From contig CAZSEH010000002.1 of assembly GCA_964605835.1 (NCBI GenBank), positions 19,773 through 83,772 on the forward strand: a DNA stretch of 64,000 bases. The letters run 5' to 3'. Position 1 is the first letter of the stretch, and the number at the start of each line of letters is the position of its first letter. Shown here piece after piece: positions 58,752 through 64,000 of the stretch. Below the pieces are notes generated by a model. It was not told the origin of the DNA. It did not search any database and saw nothing but the letters and a program-made list of their open reading frames with translations. The stretch is from an uncultured Opitutaceae bacterium (GTDB taxonomy: Bacteria; Verrucomicrobiota; Verrucomicrobiia; Opitutales; Opitutaceae). Made by a program: the position numbers and the translations under genes.

Positions 58752-60290
58752 ATGTCGCTCCTGCCCTTTTCAAGCCGGCTCATCGCCGACGTCGGGATTT
58801 CCTTCGGCGACGAAGGCAAAGGCCGTCTCATTCCCGAGATTGCCGAGGAACTCCGGGGCACGCAGGCCCGGGTCTCGGTCGTCCTCAAGGTGAACGGGGG
58901 CGCAAACTCCGGGCATACCGCTGCGGGGATCAAGCTGAACCTCCTTCCCGCCGGAGTCGTCGAGCGGGACATACCGCACCTGGCGATCGGAAGCGGCGTC
59001 GTCGCCGATCCCCGGAAGATCGGATGGGAGACCCGGCCGCTCGAGCGGAAGGGCTATTCCGTCCTTTCCCGGCTCCTCATCGACGAACGGACTTTGGTCT
59101 CGGATGTGACGCACCGCCTGCTCGACCTCGCGTGGGAGGACTACCGGGTGCAGCATTTGCAGGAAGAGCCCCGCGGTTCCACCGGGCGCGGGATCACGCC
59201 GGCCTACCTCGACGAGGTCGGGCAATGGCAGATTACCTTTGCGGACTTTCTGGCGGGCCCGAACTATTTCGCCCGGAAGCTCGGGCAGCGGATCGACCGT
59301 GCCGTGCGGACGATCGAGCATGTCTGCCGCGTCCGGCCCGAAACGTGGGACGGGTTCTTCGAAAAGCTCAGCGCGGCCGAACGCCGCGCGAATGCCGAGG
59401 CGATCGAACTGGGCGTGCTCGCCCCGGGCGACGTCGATTTCATGCAGTTCCGGGGGGATCGCCCGTTTTCCCTCAACGTCGATCGGCTGGTCGAGGTGTA
59501 CTGGAAGGCCGGAACGGACCTGGCGAAGAACATCGGAGACGTGCGCGAACTCATCCGCTCCGAGGTGCGCCTCGGCCGGACGGTCATCGGCGAGTTCGGC
59601 CAATCCTACTGGCTGGACAAAAGGCGCGGCTACTCGCCCAACGTCACCGCCTCGCACACTTTCACGCCCGAGGTGTTCGAGAGCGCCGGAATCCCCGTCC
59701 AGCCCGTCCACACATTTGGCGTGGCCAAGGCCTACGACACCAAGGTCGGCACCCACACTTTCATCACCGCCATGGAGGAGGGCCACCCGCTTACCGGCCG
59801 GCTCAAGCAGATCGAGTACGGCACGAGCACCGGACGCCAGCGCATGGTGGGCTGGTATGACGCCGTGGAAAAAGGCGACGCCCTGCGCTACGGCGGATTC
59901 CAGGACGTGATGATCAACAAGCTGGATGCCCTGACCTGGGGCGGCGATTGGAACGGCGACCTGCGCATCTGCACGGCCTACGAAGACGCCCAGGGCCGCC
60001 GCCACGCGCATGTCCCGCGAAACGAGGCGGTCCGCAAGTCCCTGCGGCCGGTCTACGCTTCCCATCCTGGGTGGCGGGAAAGCCTTTCCGGCATCCGGCA
60101 TTTTGGAGATCTCCCCGTTGCGGCCCGCCGCTATGTCGCCGCAATGATGCGGAGCATCATCGAAGTCGCCTATGAGGGCGAGTCCCGGCCCGCCGTTCTG
60201 CCCAATCTCCGGTACCTCGGCGTAGGGCCCGATCCGGCCCAGATCATCCGCGACATCCCGGCCACCGAGGAGCTGATCAAGACAGCCTGA
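58752..60290 (+). CDS. purA: Adenylosuccinate synthase family protein, long and divergent (512 aa)
   Basis: 'GDEGKGR', 'NGGANSGHT', '[11 protein letters not shown]', 'KAYDTKVG', '[14 protein letters not shown]', 'NKLDAL' align with PurA hallmark motifs. Extra sequence lies roughly at aa 160-250. The symbol is tentative. Confidence 0.75.
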   Translation: MSLLPFSSRLIADVGISFGDEGKGRLIPEIAEELRGTQARVSVVLKVNGGANSGHTAAGIKLNLLPAGVVERDIPHLAIGSGVVADPRKIGWETRPLERKGYSVLSRLLIDERTLVSDVTHRLLDLAWEDYRVQHLQEEPRGSTGRGITPAYLDEVGQWQITFADFLAGPNYFARKLGQRIDRAVRTIEHVCRVRPETWDGFFEKLSAAERRANAEAIELGVLAPGDVDFMQFRGDRPFSLNVDRLVEVYWKAGTDLAKNIGDVRELIRSEVRLGRTVIGEFGQSYWLDKRRGYSPNVTASHTFTPEVFESAGIPVQPVHTFGVAKAYDTKVGTHTFITAMEEGHPLTGRLKQIEYGTSTGRQRMVGWYDAVEKGDALRYGGFQDVMINKLDALTWGGDWNGDLRICTAYEDAQGRRHAHVPRNEAVRKSLRPVYASHPGWRESLSGIRHFGDLPVAARRYVAAMMRSIIEVAYEGESRPAVLPNLRYLGVGPDPAQIIRDIPATEELIKTA

Positions 60291-60301
60291 ATGCCGGGAA
60301 A

Positions 60302-60324
60302 CCGGCCCTTTTTTGGCGGGCCGG
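60302..60324. terminator. Candidate bidirectional terminator hairpin between convergent purA-like and guaB genes
   Basis: ccggccc-ttttttggc-gggccgg: a 7-bp GC stem with a T-rich loop or flank, in the 39-nt convergent gap. Confidence 0.4.
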
Positions 60325-60329
60325 GAGGA

Positions 60330-61880
60330 TTACTGCTTGCGGGTCGAGACCTCGACCACGTCGTGGGTCTCCGCTTCCTTCCGACCCGCGGAGCTGACCC
60401 GGACGAAGCGGGCCTTGGCGCGGAGTTCGGCGAGAGTCGCCGCCCCGAGGTAGCCCATTCCGCTCTGTACGCCGCCGACCAGCGTGGACAGCGCGTCATC
60501 GACGGAGCCGCTGACCTCCTTCAGGGCCTCGATCCCCTCTGCTGCGAACTTGCGATTCCGGTCGGCCTTGTCGTGGCCGTAGCGGGCGGCGCTTCCGGCC
60601 TTCATGGCGGAGAGCGAACCCATGCCGCGGTACTTCTTGTAGGTCTTTCCGCCGATTTCGATGATCTCGCCCGGGGCCTCGCGGCAACCGGCGAGGAGGC
60701 CGCCGCAGATGACTCCGTCGGCGAGGGTCAGCGCCTTGACGATGTCGCCGGATTTAGCGATTCCCCCGTCGGCGAGAATCCGGACATTCCTTTTCCTGGC
60801 CGCCGTGCCCGCCAGATAAAGGGCGGTCAATTGGGGAATTCCCACTCCGGCGACGACGCGGGTCGTGCAGATCGACCCGGGGCCCTGGCCGATCTTTATC
60901 GTGTCCGCCCCGCACTCGGCCAGGAACTCGACCCCCTCGGCGCTCGTCACGTTTCCGGCGATGATCGTCAGCTGGGGAAAAGCGGCTCGGACCAGGCGGA
61001 CAACGTCGCCGACGCCCTTCGAGTGGCCATGGGCGGTCGAAACCGCCACCGCATCGACGTTTTCGGCGACAAGGCTGCCCACATTCGCAAGGACACCGTC
61101 CTTGTCGAGCGTGCCATCGGGCTTGCGCAGGGGCGAGACCGCCGCCCCGACGACGAGCCGGAACGCGCCGTCGCGGGCCGGCTTCCTCCGGGTCTTCGCC
61201 TCGCTCGTGATGCGCTCGACGTCCGAGGCGGTGACGAGCCCCTTGAGGCGGTTGGAGCCGTCGACGACCAGCATCTTGTTGATCCCGAGGTGACGGCTGA
61301 AGAATTCGTCGGCGACCTTGATCGGGTCCGGCCCGACGACGCTTGCCTGCTCGGTGATGAGGTCCTTCCGGGGCGTCATGACCTCCGCCACGTTCTTGGC
61401 CCGGTAGCGCTCCTTGAGCACATTGCCCGACAACAGTCCCTCAAGGTGTCCCTGTTCGTCCACGACGGGAAAGGTCGAGAAGGCAAACCGCCTCGCCTCG
61501 ATCATCAAAAGCACATCTCCCACACTCTGGCCGGGCTTGACCGTGATGGGGTCCTGGATGAGGCCGTGAACGTGGCGTTTGACCCGTGCGACCTCCTTCA
61601 CCTGGTCGCGGGGAGACATGTTGTAATGGATGAGGCCCAGACCGCCGTTGAGGGCCATGGCGATCGCCATGGGCGACTCGGTGACCGTATCCATGTCCGA
61701 AGAGACGATCGGAATCGGAAGCTTCAGCGTCTCCGACAGGGCCGTCGATGGGTCGGTTTCCCTCGGAAGAACTTCCGAATACAGCGTCGCGAGCGAGACG
61801 TCGTCAAACGTCAGGGCCGTCGGAAGATTGGCCCGGAAAAAAGCGTCGGCGGGCAGGTAAAATTCGGTATCGGTGGACAT
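60330..61880 (-). CDS. guaB: IMP dehydrogenase
   Basis: ORF 60330..61976. I prefer the ATG at 61880 ([30 protein letters not shown]). CBS pair. '[23 protein letters not shown]', 'IADGGI', 'YRGMGS'. Plus-strand ORF 60291..61961 is a shadow. Confidence 0.95.
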   Translation of the reverse strand: MSTDTEFYLPADAFFRANLPTALTFDDVSLATLYSEVLPRETDPSTALSETLKLPIPIVSSDMDTVTESPMAIAMALNGGLGLIHYNMSPRDQVKEVARVKRHVHGLIQDPITVKPGQSVGDVLLMIEARRFAFSTFPVVDEQGHLEGLLSGNVLKERYRAKNVAEVMTPRKDLITEQASVVGPDPIKVADEFFSRHLGINKMLVVDGSNRLKGLVTASDVERITSEAKTRRKPARDGAFRLVVGAAVSPLRKPDGTLDKDGVLANVGSLVAENVDAVAVSTAHGHSKGVGDVVRLVRAAFPQLTIIAGNVTSAEGVEFLAECGADTIKIGQGPGSICTTRVVAGVGIPQLTALYLAGTAARKRNVRILADGGIAKSGDIVKALTLADGVICGGLLAGCREAPGEIIEIGGKTYKKYRGMGSLSAMKAGSAARYGHDKADRNRKFAAEGIEALKEVSGSVDDALSTLVGGVQSGMGYLGAATLAELRAKARFVRVSSAGRKEAETHDVVEVSTRKQ

Positions 61881-61993
61881 GGCAACCTTGGGATGAGTTG
61901 CCACAATCCGAATAAGCCACGTTTCAGCCAAGGCAAACAATTTGTCGGCGGCTTGCCATAATTGCGCGTGGCTCAACGATAATTCCTAAACCT

Positions 61994-63010
61994 GTGAGTT
62001 TCCGATTTGAATCCAGGCGGTACCGAATCCCTTTCCGCGCGCCGATGCGCACGGCGGGCCGGATTTGGGGGGAGCGGGAGGGGTGGGTTGTACGACTGGA
62101 GGGGGACGGCGCAAAGGTCGGCTGGGGAGAGGTCGCGCCGATCCCGGAATTCGGGACCGAAAGCCCGGAGGAGGATGCGGTGGCGATTCAAGCGCTCGGG
62201 CCGTTGGTTACGCGGGCCGAGATTGCGTCCGTTCCGGAAAAGCTGACCTGCCTGAGGGCGGCCCTTGGGGCGGCGGTTTCGGAAGCGTCGGCAGTTCAAC
62301 CGGGGCAGGGCCTCCCCGAATTCCTTCCAGTTGCCGCGTTGCTGCCTGCCGGGCGCCCGGCCCTCGCAACGGTTGCGCCGCTGGCGGAGTCGGGATTCCG
62401 GGTCTTCAAATGGAAGGTGGGCATGGCGGACATCGGCGACGAACTCGGTCTTCTCGACGACCTGTTTGCGGCACTGCCCGCCGGTTCGAAGCTCCGGCTT
62501 GATGCGAACGGAGCCTGGGACCGGCGCCGCGCCGAGCGCTGGCTCGAACGGTGCGCCGACCGTCCGATCGAGTTTGTCGAACAGCCTGTCGCCGCCGGAG
62601 CGCCGGGTGCGGCGGATTTGCTGATGGGCCTGGCGGGCGACTACCCGACGCCGCTGGCGCTCGACGAATCCCTTGTCCGGGCCGGCGATGCGCAGCGCTG
62701 GCTCGGCGCGGGCTGGCCGGGGATATTCGTCATAAAGCCTTCGCTTTTTGGGGATGCTGGCCGGGTTCTCGACCAATTGGCCAAGGCCAATGCCCGCGTT
62801 GTTTTTTCTTCGGCGCTCGAGACCGCCGTCGGGGCACGCTCGGCCCTCAGTGTGGCCTTTGCATGGCCCGGGACGCAACTCGCCCTGGGGTTCGGAGTCT
62901 GGCCGCTGTTCAAGAATCCGGCGTTTGACGGCCCTGCCGCGGCGCCCTTCATCCGGCGCTCGGATCTTGAGCGAATCGACCCGGAGGCCGTATGGAACGC
63001 ATTGAGCTAG
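61994..63010 (+). CDS. menC: o-Succinylbenzoate synthase (enolase superfamily)
   Basis: 338 aa, GTG start. 'GWGEVAP', 'FKWKVG', 'LRLDANGAW', 'IEFVEQP', 'LALDES'. Followed by and overlapping a menE-like gene. Confidence 0.8.
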   Translation: MSFRFESRRYRIPFRAPMRTAGRIWGEREGWVVRLEGDGAKVGWGEVAPIPEFGTESPEEDAVAIQALGPLVTRAEIASVPEKLTCLRAALGAAVSEASAVQPGQGLPEFLPVAALLPAGRPALATVAPLAESGFRVFKWKVGMADIGDELGLLDDLFAALPAGSKLRLDANGAWDRRRAERWLERCADRPIEFVEQPVAAGAPGAADLLMGLAGDYPTPLALDESLVRAGDAQRWLGAGWPGIFVIKPSLFGDAGRVLDQLAKANARVVFSSALETAVGARSALSVAFAWPGTQLALGFGVWPLFKNPAFDGPAAAPFIRRSDLERIDPEAVWNALS

Positions 63011-64000
63011 CACGGCTTCTTCGAGCCTCCCCAATCATCGCCGAGCCGTTGCGCGGCGTGACAGTCATCGATGAACGCGATCCGGCGGCGTTTATGGGGG
63101 CTTTTTCGAAGGCTGTTGGAGAAAGTGATCGGATCTTCCTGGCCGACCCAGCCTGGGGTCCGCGCGAGCGCTCGGCCCTGGCCGAACTCGCCGGCGCCGA
63201 GCCGATTTCGCCAGGGCCCGGCTGGCTCATGGTTCCGAGCGGCGGGACGAGCGGAGGACTGAAGTTCGCCCGCCATGACGAGGGGACGATTTCCGCTGCG
63301 GTTCGGGGATTCTGCGGACACTTCGGCATTGAGCGTGTGAACAGCATGGGCGTTTTGCCGCTTTGCCATGTGAGCGGCCTCATGTCCTGGATGCGGGCGG
63401 CTTTGACCGGCGGCCAATTCGTGCCGTGGGATTGGAAAAGGCTCGAGGCCGGCGAGTTCCCAGCCGTGCCCGTTTCACCGGAGACCGGCCGGGGCCCGCG
63501 GGAGGGCTGGTACCTTTCGCTGGTTCCGACCCAGCTGCAGCGCCTCCTTTCTCCGGCGGCGCCGGCAGCCGCGGATGCAATCAAATGGCTGCGCGCGTTT
63601 GACGCGGTGTTTCTCGGCGGCGGTCCGGTTTGGCCCGAACTGACCGATGCAGCGGCGGCGGCATCGATTCCGATTTCACTCGTCTATGGAATGACGGAAA
63701 CGGCGGCGATGGTCGCGGCCCAGCGCCCGGCCGAGTTTCTCGCCGGGGACCGGAGTTCGGGATCGCCGATGCCCCACGCCAGGATCGAACTCACCGCTTC
63801 CGGGCTTGTGCGCGTATCCGGAGAATCGGTCTTCCGAGGCTATCATCCCGGCTGGAGCGATTCGCGCGAAATTACGACGGAAGACCTGGGTTCCATCGAC
63901 GAACGGGGACGGCTGCGCATTCTGGGCCGCTGCGACGCCGTCATCATCACGGGCGGAAAGAAGGTTGATCCGTTGGAGGTCGAGGCGGCGCTCCGGGCGA
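62992..64000 (+). CDS. menE: AMP-dependent synthetase/ligase, o-succinylbenzoate-CoA ligase-like; 3'-truncated by the window edge (not in the supplied ORF track)
   Basis: My own translation from the ATG at 62992 is open to nt 64000: MERIELARLL...'MVPSGGTSGGLKF' (AMP-binding P-loop), 'YGMTETAAMV', 'GSIDERGRLRILGRCDAVIITGGKKV'. Overlaps the menC end by 19 nt. Confidence 0.8.
   Translation, partial: MERIELARLLRASPIIAEPLRGVTVIDERDPAAFMGAFSKAVGESDRIFLADPAWGPRERSALAELAGAEPISPGPGWLMVPSGGTSGGLKFARHDEGTISAAVRGFCGHFGIERVNSMGVLPLCHVSGLMSWMRAALTGGQFVPWDWKRLEAGEFPAVPVSPETGRGPREGWYLSLVPTQLQRLLSPAAPAAADAIKWLRAFDAVFLGGGPVWPELTDAAAAASIPISLVYGMTETAAMVAAQRPAEFLAGDRSSGSPMPHARIELTASGLVRVSGESVFRGYHPGWSDSREITTEDLGSIDERGRLRILGRCDAVIITGGKKVDPLEVEAALRA

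Noticed and set aside
58752-60290. Whether the divergent PurA homologue could be a phage-type PurZ (2-aminoadenine pathway).
   Set aside because: There is no phage or mobile context and no datZ/mazZ-like neighbours. The gene sits among folC, guaB and men genes. I cannot discriminate PurZ-specific residues by eye, so the claim is unsupported.

Overview
GC-rich, densely packed bacterial chromosomal window. I call about 50 protein-coding genes. I saw no rRNA, tRNA, CRISPR array, transposase or integrase. Protein features suggest a PVC-superphylum (Verrucomicrobia/Opitutales-like) organism: 'LTPFEV'-type TonB-dependent receptor N-terminus, sulfatase, Gfo/Idh/MocA, GldFG-like ABC, AsmA-like giant. 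This placement is inference only.

Most genes are core metabolism or information processing: carB, purU, accA, accD, birA, kdsA-pyrG, proA, def, queA, a compact rpoD, trpE, ruvX, truA, folC, a purA-like gene, guaB, menC and menE. menE is 3'-truncated and is not in the supplied ORF track because it has no stop in the window.

Accessory content:
- A PUL-like minus-strand block at 3083-11258: TonB_C protein, GH35-like glycosidase, S1/P1-like nuclease and a giant TonB-dependent receptor. It sits convergent to an orphan beta-propeller histidine kinase.
- A membrane protein / wHTH regulator / ABC-2 exporter operon. Two identical palindromic operators lie over its promoter.
- A five-gene GldA/F/G-like ABC + DUF4340-like + AsmA/TamB-like operon.
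- The most unusual locus is a translationally coupled stator-like pair at 42200-45252. A MotA/ExbB-like C-terminal channel module is paired with an Asp-in-TM, ~190-aa coiled-coil 'B' subunit. A sulfatase-fold protein that has lost its catalytic residues follows.

Other points:
- A ~95-nt terminator-containing repeat occurs twice.
- An AT-rich island precedes a small coiled-coil/HTH protein.
- An ACAAA..TTTGC upstream box recurs.
- accD lacks its Zn-ribbon cysteines.
- The purA homologue is long and divergent.

Many long ORFs in the track are antisense shadow ORFs typical of high-GC DNA and were not called. All function calls rest on motifs read by eye; no searches were run.
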